From the IMG/VR virus record IMGVR_UViG_3300020577_013187, positions 8,233 through 72,232 of that record: a DNA stretch of 64,000 nt; one strand, written 5' to 3'. The translations under genes and the position numbers were made by a program. This DNA comes from a virus (lineage: Duplodnaviria > Caudoviricetes). The notes beneath the pieces were generated by a model. The model was given only the letters and a program-made list of their open reading frames with translations, had not been told where the DNA came from and did not search any database. The number at the start of each line of letters is the position of its first letter. Position 1 is the first letter of the stretch. This document shows, piece by piece, positions 11,083 through 20,082 of this stretch.

Positions 11083-11106
11083 TATGCAGAAACTTTATCA
11101 AAAATA

Positions 11107-11140
11107 AAATAGCCCAAAGTTAAAAAACCTTGGGCTATTT
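11107..11140 (-). terminator. Intrinsic terminator after the tail tube gene (possibly bidirectional)
   Basis: aaatagcccaa / ttgggctattt, 11-bp stem with A/T-rich flanks. Confidence 0.7.
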
Positions 11141-11170
11141 ATCAATAATATAAAAAATATGAAACTATTA

Positions 11171-11584
11171 TTAAGCAGCAGATTCGTCAGAAGCTTTCAA
11201 TCCAACAAAATTCCAAGTTTCAGTTGCTACGCCACGAGCATCAACAGTACCAGTACGACCGGTATTTTTGACACCAACTATACGAACAATAGTGACACCA
11301 GCAATGCGATCTTGAAGTTCAACAGTAAGCTCAGGCTGTGTTAAAATATCTTCTAGACGTGGAATAATTCCTAATTGAATAGCTGATTTATTTGCTACTC
11401 TAAAAGTATTACAACTAAAATCAACCTTATATCCTACTTCAGCATATTCAACAGCTGCTAGATTATCAAGAACATCAATAGGTTGATGATCATGAGAAAT
11501 ATTATAATTAACACTTGAAGCATAAGCTACTTGAACACCCTGAATTTTAAATATAGCTCGGGCTCCGGTAAACGTTTGTGACAT
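11171..11584 (-). CDS. Tail tube protein
   Basis: MSQTFTGARAIFKIQGVQVAYASSVNY...GTVDARGVATETWNF; 137 aa directly after the sheath. Confidence 0.85.
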   Translation of the reverse strand: MSQTFTGARAIFKIQGVQVAYASSVNYNISHDHQPIDVLDNLAAVEYAEVGYKVDFSCNTFRVANKSAIQLGIIPRLEDILTQPELTVELQDRIAGVTIVRIVGVKNTGRTGTVDARGVATETWNFVGLKASDESAA

Positions 11585-11636
11585 ATTAACTCCTTAATGT
11601 TTTTTAGTATCTTAAGATTCTATGATCTTAATATCT

Positions 11637-13886
11637 TTAAGCTGTTTGACGAATAGTGTCTAAAACGATCCTAGCAAGAACAAATTCAACACCTTGAACT
11701 GGAGTGATAGTAATATCAATATTCGCAACGTTTCCAATAACATTGACTGAAAGATTTTTCCAACCAAGACCTTTGTTAGTATCATCACCAATTATGATAT
11801 CAGCATCTAAGAATTGTTTCATGATACCAATTACAGCATTTCTAATTGTTTCAGCTGTACCAGTACGAACCTTGTCGCCAACAAAAAGAGTTTCTAATTG
11901 CTGTCTAAGGTTATAGGCCACATAATGAGCAGCACTCAAAACATTGACACGATTTAAAACAAAGTTTGCATCATTTTGATAAGTAGTATTATGAAGAACA
12001 ATTCTAATACCACCAGCACTAGGAGCTTCAATAATTGTAAGACCATTTTCAATAGCAATATTCTGATGACCAAGATTATTGGCATCAAATAATTCAGTAG
12101 AGCTATTAGGAGCTACACCTTGTTTTTTGACATGTTTAGCACCATTAACAGCAATGTATTTATGAGTCATAGGCAGGCCAATCTCACCACCTGCCTGCAT
12201 ACCTGCAACAATTGCAGCAAGCATATGAGGTTGACGCCAAACCAATGAACCATTGGTTGCTAAAATCTGAACATCTTGAAAAACTAATGAGGAAAATTCG
12301 CTATTAATTGCTTTAGCTTCATTTTGATTTTCGAGAAAAGTACCTCTATAGCCAATATAACAATTTCTTTCATTACGATTAACAGTACTACTCATCTTTT
12401 TACAATGCTCACGAGCTTGAGTATGAATAGACTCAACATCATAATTTGATGAGTTATCAGTATATCCAGGAATTTCAGCAAGATCATCACTAGCATCTTG
12501 AGAAACAAGAGGAACAATGATATTAATTCTTTTTCCTTCAAATGCTACAAATCCAAGGTTAAAAGAAGAAGTTGAAGAAGAACCTCTGGTACCGCCAGTT
12601 AAATAAGTACGAACAACAATATCAGGTAGTCCAATAAATAAAGTTCTTGAGATTTTAACTAATTGACTATTTTGATCAAACCACTTTTGAATTTCATACG
12701 AATCAGTTTTTACCTGACCAACTTTTAAACTTGTAGTAGTAGAACAAATACCAACAGCAGATACTCTATCTAAAACACTAGGAGGCAAACCGCCATTAGC
12801 AGTCACAGGTAATGAACATTTATAGCCAGTTTGAGAATCAATAAACTGAGCTAAATCTGCCAAAGTAGCAAAATTAGCTAGAGTTAGATTAAGATTAGAT
12901 CCAGAACCACCTGTCACAGTAGTGGTCAAAGTCGTTGCAGTAATAGTCAAAGTTCCAGTTGTTCCAGTATATCCAATTTGTAAAGCAATTCGACCACCAA
13001 TTTCACCAGTCGTATCTGCAGTTGATTCATTGATTTGATCTTGCTGACGATTGATTACAATAGTTCGAGTAGCATTAGTAGCAGTCAACCCAACAACAGT
13101 AGATCCTGCAATGATAGCAGCACCCTGTTGAGGAACACTGACACCCACAAGAGTCCAATTTGCACTAGCAATAAATTCTAAACTAATACCCATACCTTCA
13201 CGGTGAGTACCAGTTCCAGTAATTGCTAAATTCAAACTAATTCTATTAACAACAGTTGAAGCATAGGCAATGGCTACAGTACCCAAAGCAGTATTAATTT
13301 TTGAATTCAATTCAGTAACAGTAGCAGCTGCACTAGTACAGTTTGCAGCTGTGATAGTCACAAGAGCACCACCATTAATCCTTAGAGTCATATCAGCACC
13401 AGGAGTATTTGTCCAATCAGCACCGAATTGAAGATTAAAGGTTTCTGCAGTGTCTTGACTAATAGTGGTATTGATAAGATTCTCATCAATACCAAAATTT
13501 TGAGAAGTGATAGTAGCCCAAGGATTAACACTATTCTGATTAATAATCAAACTAGCTTGAGTTGAATTATTAGTTTTATAAACTAAAATTTTACTAGCAC
13601 CTTGAGCAACTCTAGCATCATTTGAAGCATTAACTAAACTTCGAGCAGCATCAACAATAGGTCCGCTACCATAGTATTCAATCAAATTAGCAAGAGTCGT
13701 ACTATCATAAGTTCTAATACCACCCTCAGCTAAATTAGAACCAGGAGCACCTTTTGCAGACTCACCAATAATACCAACAATACCAGTCTCAGCAAGAGGA
13801 AGAGCACCAATCAAATTCGTTCTCAAAGAAGAATAAGCACCAGGTATTTTTAAGCTTGCACCATTAAAAGGAATTGTAATTGCCAT
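11637..13886 (-). CDS. Tail sheath protein
   Basis: IPGAYS N-terminal motif, GIIGESAKG, C-terminal RVNVLSAAHYVAYNLRQQLETLFVG...ITPVQGVEFV. Confidence 0.92.
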   Translation of the reverse strand: MAITIPFNGASLKIPGAYSSLRTNLIGALPLAETGIVGIIGESAKGAPGSNLAEGGIRTYDSTTLANLIEYYGSGPIVDAARSLVNASNDARVAQGASKILVYKTNNSTQASLIINQNSVNPWATITSQNFGIDENLINTTISQDTAETFNLQFGADWTNTPGADMTLRINGGALVTITAANCTSAAATVTELNSKINTALGTVAIAYASTVVNRISLNLAITGTGTHREGMGISLEFIASANWTLVGVSVPQQGAAIIAGSTVVGLTATNATRTIVINRQQDQINESTADTTGEIGGRIALQIGYTGTTGTLTITATTLTTTVTGGSGSNLNLTLANFATLADLAQFIDSQTGYKCSLPVTANGGLPPSVLDRVSAVGICSTTTSLKVGQVKTDSYEIQKWFDQNSQLVKISRTLFIGLPDIVVRTYLTGGTRGSSSTSSFNLGFVAFEGKRINIIVPLVSQDASDDLAEIPGYTDNSSNYDVESIHTQAREHCKKMSSTVNRNERNCYIGYRGTFLENQNEAKAINSEFSSLVFQDVQILATNGSLVWRQPHMLAAIVAGMQAGGEIGLPMTHKYIAVNGAKHVKKQGVAPNSSTELFDANNLGHQNIAIENGLTIIEAPSAGGIRIVLHNTTYQNDANFVLNRVNVLSAAHYVAYNLRQQLETLFVGDKVRTGTAETIRNAVIGIMKQFLDADIIIGDDTNKGLGWKNLSVNVIGNVANIDITITPVQGVEFVLARIVLDTIRQTA

Positions 13887-13923
13887 AAATCTCCCTATTA
13901 TCTACGATAAAATTTTTATAATC

Positions 13924-14202
13924 TTAATATGACTTTAAAACATCAAACCATTTGTCCAAACTAGCTTCAAGTCCATCAATTCTTTTCTTACAAAAGACTT
14001 GAACTGCTTCAATTGTCCAAAGCTTGGCTTGAGGAAATTCTTTTAAAAATAGCCTATATGCTTGGTCAAAACCATAAACGACTTCTTCTTTTACAGTCTC
14101 AACAATATCTTCAAGAACTTCTTCGATCATATCTTTAACCCCTTTGCTTTCATTATTTTCTTGACTCATTATATCATTTTTTGAATCATATTTTTTAGCC
14201 AT
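13924..14202 (-). CDS. Hypothetical protein (structural module)
   Basis: Co-oriented ORF between sheath and tail-completion genes. Confidence 0.5.
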   Translation of the reverse strand: MAKKYDSKNDIMSQENNESKGVKDMIEEVLEDIVETVKEEVVYGFDQAYRLFLKEFPQAKLWTIEAVQVFCKKRIDGLEASLDKWFDVLKSY

Positions 14203-14235
14203 ATATCAAAAACCTCACTTTTTTTTAATTATTTT

Positions 14236-15183
14236 CTAATAATCTAAAGTTGTTTGAATAGTTAAAGTATTCTCATCCTCTCTTTTATAAAGATCACGAG
14301 GAACTTTAATAACACCATATGTTTCACCAAGAACTGGAAGATCTTCAGCTGTCCATTGTTGTTCAATAAATTTAATTTTTAAATTAAGATCTCTTGTAAA
14401 GAGATTTTCTGGTAGATAATTTCCTCTATCAAAATCAGTTCCATAGTATGTTGAAAGTTCTACACCCCTTAAAATAAGACTCTTCTTATAAGATAAAATA
14501 ATATACTTTATTATAGTGTAGAGATACTTTGTTAAAAGTGCATCTTCAGTGATAATCTTTATTTGGATATCTTCTGATTCTCTAGTTGCCTTAGACTTTG
14601 CACTTGTATAGCTAACATTTGATATAACATTACAATTGGTTAGGTTTACTGATGGAAACCCTGATAGGATAAGAAAATGCTTATCACCTACTTCATCCGT
14701 TATTCCACCTGTGATAGGATAATTATCTCCATTGCCATCAACAAAAATACTATTTAATGTTATACCATTTAAATTTGATAGAACCCCTGTTACATCTATC
14801 ATTCCACTAGTAAGATCATAAGATAGAGGCGTAAAGTTTGCTTTAATAACTTGAGGTGTAATATCTGTACTTATAGTATCTTGGTAATCTTCAAATGAAG
14901 CATAACTTTCTAACTCTTGATTATTTATCAAGTTAATTGCAATCGTAGGCTCTTTTAAATCAGTCAATGGGTAGCCTTGAACAATACTGATAGGCTTATT
15001 CAGAATAGCATCTTTAATTCTATCAATTTCAGCTTGACCAAAATAAGTGGCCAACCAAGGATCTTTTAATGAGCCAAAGATATCTTCTATCTTATCTGTA
15101 GAAGTATTGATTGAGCTTTTTATCATTGATAGGCCATCTCTCAATGTAGCTTCTAAAATTAATTCTGAAAGTTTGAATGACAT
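14236..15183 (-). CDS. Tail terminator/completion protein
   Basis: Position upstream of sheath; PISIVQGYPL...PTIAINL and ENLFTRDLNL motifs. Confidence 0.55.
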   Translation of the reverse strand: MSFKLSELILEATLRDGLSMIKSSINTSTDKIEDIFGSLKDPWLATYFGQAEIDRIKDAILNKPISIVQGYPLTDLKEPTIAINLINNQELESYASFEDYQDTISTDITPQVIKANFTPLSYDLTSGMIDVTGVLSNLNGITLNSIFVDGNGDNYPITGGITDEVGDKHFLILSGFPSVNLTNCNVISNVSYTSAKSKATRESEDIQIKIITEDALLTKYLYTIIKYIILSYKKSLILRGVELSTYYGTDFDRGNYLPENLFTRDLNLKIKFIEQQWTAEDLPVLGETYGVIKVPRDLYKREDENTLTIQTTLDY

Positions 15184-15184
15184 A

Positions 15185-15898
15185 TTATAATATTGTGTTT
15201 AAGATTTTATCAACTTGCTCACTGATATAGTTTTCAAGATCAGGAAAGATTTTAGCTCCTCCAAATCCTGGATGATTCCATTTTGATCTATCTGTATTTT
15301 CAGAAACTCTTCGAAAGGTCATATAAGTGCTTTGAGTAGCTTTATCATAAGTTTTTTGATATTTTACTAATCCATTTAGCTCTTTGATGCCTGTATTGAG
15401 TAGAGTAGCTACCTTACCTTGAAGAGGTGTGCCATCAGGTCCTTTAAGAATTTTATCTAAGCCACTTTGCTGTAAAACCTGCTTAACTGCATCTCTTAAT
15501 TGAGTTGATTTTTGATTTAAGGGTGCTTTAGAATACGGTCTATAGCTAAAGGGTATTGTGTTATAGATTGTACCTTTTTTTGTGACTTTTGCTTTAGGTC
15601 CATTTAAAAAACCATCTATCATATTAAATGGAGCCCAACCATCTTCAATCGAATTTGCATGATCTCCAGTTAAACTAATAACATAAATTCCATCACCCAA
15701 CCCATAAAGATTAAAAGAATTAAGATAATCTTGCTTAGTAGTTTTTAACCTCTGTTGAGCTAATCTTACACCCTCTGAATAAGTTGCTTGAGCTATTTGA
15801 CCTATTGCACCTTCTAAAATTTCTTTAGTCTGATCTGCAAGATTGTCTAATGTCTTACCTAATTCCTCAGCTCTTATTTTTAGGTTAATATCAAACAT
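15185..15898 (-). CDS. Neck/tail completion protein (HK97 gp10-like)
   Basis: TKQDYLNSF...IEDGWAPFNM...YMTFRRVSENT...WNHPG, a pattern seen in large-myovirus neck proteins. Confidence 0.6.
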   Translation of the reverse strand: MFDINLKIRAEELGKTLDNLADQTKEILEGAIGQIAQATYSEGVRLAQQRLKTTKQDYLNSFNLYGLGDGIYVISLTGDHANSIEDGWAPFNMIDGFLNGPKAKVTKKGTIYNTIPFSYRPYSKAPLNQKSTQLRDAVKQVLQQSGLDKILKGPDGTPLQGKVATLLNTGIKELNGLVKYQKTYDKATQSTYMTFRRVSENTDRSKWNHPGFGGAKIFPDLENYISEQVDKILNTIL

Positions 15899-16671
15899 TA
15901 TTGTTCTAGAGTATTGGTTACCACTGTTATCTTATTAGGAGCTACCGGTGCCCCCAATAGATCTTCTTTAGTTATTAGATAATCTCTTTTTATGATCCAT
16001 TGTTGAGAATGTTCAACCGGATCTACTTCTACTGAAGCTGAAGTTCCAAATTGAGAAAATCTATTGACATGTAATGCTTTTAATGATCTAAAAGTTAAAA
16101 GATATTCATAGTGGACACTATAAGTATTATTGACCGCTGGTCTAGTAACTCCAAGCCATTGAATATCTCTAGTATCAGTTGTTAAAGTAAAATGAACGTT
16201 TTCTTGATACTCAGTGCCATTTTGATCAATTATATAGTTGACTTTTAAAGCCTTATATTTTAGTCTATCAATATCGCCTGTTTGTCTTTGAATAAGTTCA
16301 TAAAAAGTAGTCGTAAAATCTAATACTTCAATTTTGGCAAAATACTGTAAATAAAGACCTCTGACAAAACTAGCTAAAACACTTTGATCATCAAAAACGC
16401 CCTCTACATTGAACATCTTTTCAATCTTTTGAGATTGTAGATAGGCATATCCTTCTAATGGGAGACGATCTATAAAAAGGTTTCCATTGCACAAAGTACA
16501 GTCTATTTGATGCTCATAAGTATCTATCTTTTTGACATTAGGGCAAAGAGTAGTTTTGTATACCCTTACTCTTACACCATGAGTTTCAATCAATTTGTCA
16601 AAAGCAATAGGATCAAGGTTTACACGAACATCAAAACCTTTTCTTGGAATTTTAGCATTGACTATTGACAT
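15898..16671 (-). CDS. Head closure/neck protein
   Basis: FDKLIETHGVRVRVYKTTLCPN...CTLCNGN Cys motif typical of Twort-like neck proteins. Confidence 0.6.
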   Translation of the reverse strand: MSIVNAKIPRKGFDVRVNLDPIAFDKLIETHGVRVRVYKTTLCPNVKKIDTYEHQIDCTLCNGNLFIDRLPLEGYAYLQSQKIEKMFNVEGVFDDQSVLASFVRGLYLQYFAKIEVLDFTTTFYELIQRQTGDIDRLKYKALKVNYIIDQNGTEYQENVHFTLTTDTRDIQWLGVTRPAVNNTYSVHYEYLLTFRSLKALHVNRFSQFGTSASVEVDPVEHSQQWIIKRDYLITKEDLLGAPVAPNKITVVTNTLEQ

Positions 16672-16672
16672 A

Positions 16673-17479
16673 TTACTCTAAAAAACCAACTTCAGGATCA
16701 GAAAACATAGTAGCAAGATTAAGAGCCTGAAGAACTTGACTTTTAGAAAGATAGTCAAATTTACTAAACTGTTGCTCTACTATCTCGTCAGATTTAGATT
16801 TTTGAAGACTATCTCCAAAATCAAGATTAGTAGATTTTTCTAAGCGCTCTTTCTCACTTTTAAAAAAATCTTCTACTTGAGGATCTAAATCATTTTTCAT
16901 TTGCCATAGTGTAAAATTATCTTCCATTGAATTCTCCGACTTTATTAGTTTTATTTGAACTTGATCAGGATCATTTTGAATAATCATTGCTTTAGGATCG
17001 ATTGCATCAATATAGCTTACAACTTCACAAGCCATTGTTGTCTTACGTCTTTCATTTTCAAGATCTATCTCACTAATAGGAGGTGAAGTAGCAATATCAG
17101 GAGACATCTCATCAATCGTTTTATCAATATCATTGACCATCTGTTGATTGTAAAGGCTATCTCCAACCATATTGACAATCCAAATATGGTCTTCATAGGC
17201 CTGGGCAACAATATCTTTTAGAGTAAAATTTCTAAAAGCTAGTACAGGAATCTCGCCATTTTGAAGATAGATCCATCCAGTATAATGATTATCATCAACT
17301 CGAATCAAAAAGACACAATATTGATCATCAATTTCGATATGCTTTGAGTCATTGACATTCAGATTCTGAGCCTGAGATATCAAATGACTCAAGTATTTAT
17401 CGTTTTCCGAAACAGGAAAATCTGACTTAAGCATCTTTTGGCCAGCTTTATTTAAAATTTCAAAAATAACTTGATTCAT
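16673..17479 (-). CDS. Putative internal head protein with repeated KS motifs
   Basis: MLKS, LIKS, FFKS, LEKS, LQKSKS, LSKSQVL, the same pattern as the scaffold. Confidence 0.4.
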   Translation of the reverse strand: MNQVIFEILNKAGQKMLKSDFPVSENDKYLSHLISQAQNLNVNDSKHIEIDDQYCVFLIRVDDNHYTGWIYLQNGEIPVLAFRNFTLKDIVAQAYEDHIWIVNMVGDSLYNQQMVNDIDKTIDEMSPDIATSPPISEIDLENERRKTTMACEVVSYIDAIDPKAMIIQNDPDQVQIKLIKSENSMEDNFTLWQMKNDLDPQVEDFFKSEKERLEKSTNLDFGDSLQKSKSDEIVEQQFSKFDYLSKSQVLQALNLATMFSDPEVGFLE

Positions 17480-18279
17480 TAAGTCACCATAAGATTAAAG
17501 CCGCCACCATAATATCTTTTTGCTAATTCAAGCATACTGCCAATTAGATCTTGATATGATTGAATTCTAGCCCCATAAAGTCCTCTAGGATTATTAAATA
17601 GATTAGTTGATTGACTCAATCCATCAAGTGTGATACTTGCTCCAGAGATACCAACACCTAAAGTTGAGGTACCTAAGCTAATTAATAGAGGAATTGCACC
17701 ATACATTCCAACAATCTGATTTATAAAGTAAGGTATCTTATCTTGTTCAAATCCAGCTACATATTCAATCTCAAACAATTGAGGATACTGAGAGGCTACC
17801 CCAAGTAATTGAGGGAGATATCCTGAATTATCTAAATTAAAATAATTCAAAGCTCCACTTGTAGGAGTAACCTGAATTTGACCAATCTCACTATAAACTC
17901 TAAGCCATTCTAAAGGATACTGAATTAAAGTTTGATTCGCTTGATACTTGACTTTTACTGAATTAACCTTTATAATTGGTTTGTGGTATAAATCAATAAA
18001 ACCATAATTATAATAATTATTTACAGAATAGTCTCTTTTTTCAGTATAAGTTGTTGGTGTCAAAGTAATATTTAAAGCGTGCTCAATATAAGAAACACCT
18101 ATCAAAATATAATTCTTAATTGTCTCATCATCAACTAATAAGTTTCCGTTAGAGTCAGTAAGAGGAACACCAACTAAGAATCTTTTTTTGAAATCTTCTA
18201 CAGTCAAAAAAGTTTCAAACCTGTTGTACCCAGGATTACTAACTGAATTTGGAGGAAAAACTATATTAGTTGATATCAT
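17479..18279 (-). CDS. Head-tail adaptor/neck protein
   Basis: YIEHALNITLTP...RDY...FIDLYHKPIIKVNSVK...YVAGFE; position in the neck cluster. Confidence 0.65.
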   Translation of the reverse strand: MISTNIVFPPNSVSNPGYNRFETFLTVEDFKKRFLVGVPLTDSNGNLLVDDETIKNYILIGVSYIEHALNITLTPTTYTEKRDYSVNNYYNYGFIDLYHKPIIKVNSVKVKYQANQTLIQYPLEWLRVYSEIGQIQVTPTSGALNYFNLDNSGYLPQLLGVASQYPQLFEIEYVAGFEQDKIPYFINQIVGMYGAIPLLISLGTSTLGVGISGASITLDGLSQSTNLFNNPRGLYGARIQSYQDLIGSMLELAKRYYGGGFNLMVT

Positions 18280-18650
18280 TAGACAGCCACATTAAGTTTT
18301 CGAATAGCTCCAATAAGATAAGCTATTCTTATATTGCCACCTGTATCGGTCAAAACTAATCTTAAATCTCCACTAATCATTGCAGCAGTTTGAACTTTAC
18401 TCAAATTAACTGTAAAGATACTAGGATCTTCAGTACTTTGAATTATATCAGCATCAGCAATAACTAAATCAGTAGGAGTAGCCGGTATATATAAAGTTTT
18501 AGTGGTAGTATTAGGAACAGAATAAGGACATTTTCCTGTATCTCCTAATACTTGAAATTTAAGAATTCTATCTTCACCAGCATAGAATTCAAAAATATCA
18601 ACACCACCAATGGCACAACTACCTAAAATCCTTAATCTATAAGATAACAT
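18279..18650 (-). CDS. Hypothetical virion protein (BppU-N-like beta sandwich)
   Basis: FYAGEDRILKFQV...FTVNLSKVQT pattern; weak similarity. Confidence 0.35.
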   Translation of the reverse strand: MLSYRLRILGSCAIGGVDIFEFYAGEDRILKFQVLGDTGKCPYSVPNTTTKTLYIPATPTDLVIADADIIQSTEDPSIFTVNLSKVQTAAMISGDLRLVLTDTGGNIRIAYLIGAIRKLNVAV

Positions 18651-18653
18651 AAA

Positions 18654-18923
18654 TTAATAGTTTCGATTATAAGAGTAAGATCTTTTCCTGTTTTTTTCAA
18701 TTAACGATCTAAAATGAGACAGAGCGTCTTTAAACTTCTTTTCATTAGATTGAAGCCACTCTTCTTCCAACTTAGCGATTTGATTCTTAATATTTTGAAA
18801 TACAAAAACGCATTTAAAAGAGTTGTCATCAACAATCCTGCACTCAATAAACTTTACTCCCCGAACAAACAAAAATGTAGCAATATTCAAATTATCTGTT
18901 TCATATTCGTTTTGCACACTCAT
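18654..18923 (-). CDS. DUF5659-like small protein
   Basis: YETDNLNIATFLFVRGVKFIECR...CVFVF. Confidence 0.5.
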   Translation of the reverse strand: MSVQNEYETDNLNIATFLFVRGVKFIECRIVDDNSFKCVFVFQNIKNQIAKLEEEWLQSNEKKFKDALSHFRSLIEKNRKRSYSYNRNY

Positions 18924-19004
18924 TACTATCTCCTTTTTTATATTAGTATTCTTATTAAAATTATTATATCCTATTTTTAATATTTTTTTTATAGTTTTTT
19001 AAAA

Positions 19005-19037
19005 TAAAAAAAGGCCACTTATAAAAAATAAGTGGCC
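19005..19037 (-). terminator. Intrinsic terminator after the M10 peptidase gene
   Basis: ggccacttat/ataagtggcc 10-bp stem plus A-run (U-tract on the minus strand). Confidence 0.7.
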
Positions 19038-19063
19038 AATAACTACAGAATAAGAATTTTTTA

Positions 19064-19837
19064 TTATTTTATTTGAAGAAGATTTTTTATCATATCAACT
19101 GTTTTTTGACTGATATATTGATCGACATTAATAGAAGAATACATGATAGAATTTACGTCATCAGAATGGTTTAGATCTAAACAATGTCCAAGTTCATGAG
19201 CATACATAGTCCACATATATTTAGTTGATTCACTCACGTCAATTTTACATTGCATTTTGTCATTTTTAAATCTCACATTTGAATAGGCGCCAAAATAACC
19301 TGATTCATCTTCTTTGGGTATAACTAAAGCTTTTCTCATACAAAAAGCTATATTAATTTCTTTTTCATTATCAATAACAAATATTTCTTTGCCTAAAGCA
19401 AAGTTCCAATAAGAAATTGCCTTTTTTATTTCTTCAATAACACGCTCATCATCAATATTTTTAGTCTGAAGAGTAATTTGAGAAAGATTAGAATAAAGTC
19501 TTTTAGAAGCAGCTGCGTCCTGAAAAGCTGTATAGCTTAAATGTTCATTTTCAAAATTAATTACTTCCATCTTAAGCGGTTCAGCAGTCACTTTATCATA
19601 TCGATCATAGTCGATTTTAACAGTTTGTTTTTGCACTGTACAAAAATTAAGATAATCCGCTTCATCACAAGTAAAAAAAGTTTCATCGTTATCAACTAAA
19701 GGCATTTCTTTAGGATCAACTTTAGGCTCTTCACATTGAATTTTTAAATCTAAATTAGAAGATTGTTTACGCTCGTCTTGAGTACAAGCACCAATGGAGA
19801 TGAGTAGAAGAGAAGCTAAAAGAATTTTTGTTTTCAT
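19064..19837 (-). CDS. Lipoprotein with matrixin-like (M10) zinc metallopeptidase domain
   Basis: Signal peptide with lipobox ISIGA-C; HELGHCLDLNH (HExxHxxxxxH) and Met-turn SIMY. Confidence 0.85.
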   Translation of the reverse strand: MKTKILLASLLLISIGACTQDERKQSSNLDLKIQCEEPKVDPKEMPLVDNDETFFTCDEADYLNFCTVQKQTVKIDYDRYDKVTAEPLKMEVINFENEHLSYTAFQDAAASKRLYSNLSQITLQTKNIDDERVIEEIKKAISYWNFALGKEIFVIDNEKEINIAFCMRKALVIPKEDESGYFGAYSNVRFKNDKMQCKIDVSESTKYMWTMYAHELGHCLDLNHSDDVNSIMYSSINVDQYISQKTVDMIKNLLQIK

Positions 19838-20024
19838 ATTTTAAAATTATTAATAAATGTGTTTATAAAAGTAAAGAAAAAGTCAGTTATAAAATAAAAT
19901 AGTTTCACCGTACTTTATGTTCTATAACCGTGTTTTTCTTTACAACCATTCTTTATTTATTGCAATAAAAAGATCTTTTGTCAATTTATATTTTAAAATT
20001 GTTTTAAAATATAAATATTCAAAC

Positions 20025-20055
20025 AACAAAAAACCCCATAACTTTTGTTATGGGG
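20025..20055 (-). terminator. Intrinsic terminator after the major capsid gene
   Basis: ccccataac-tttt-gttatgggg plus A-run. Confidence 0.75.
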
Positions 20056-20082
20056 CAGAGTAGATCTTTCTTATATTATAGA

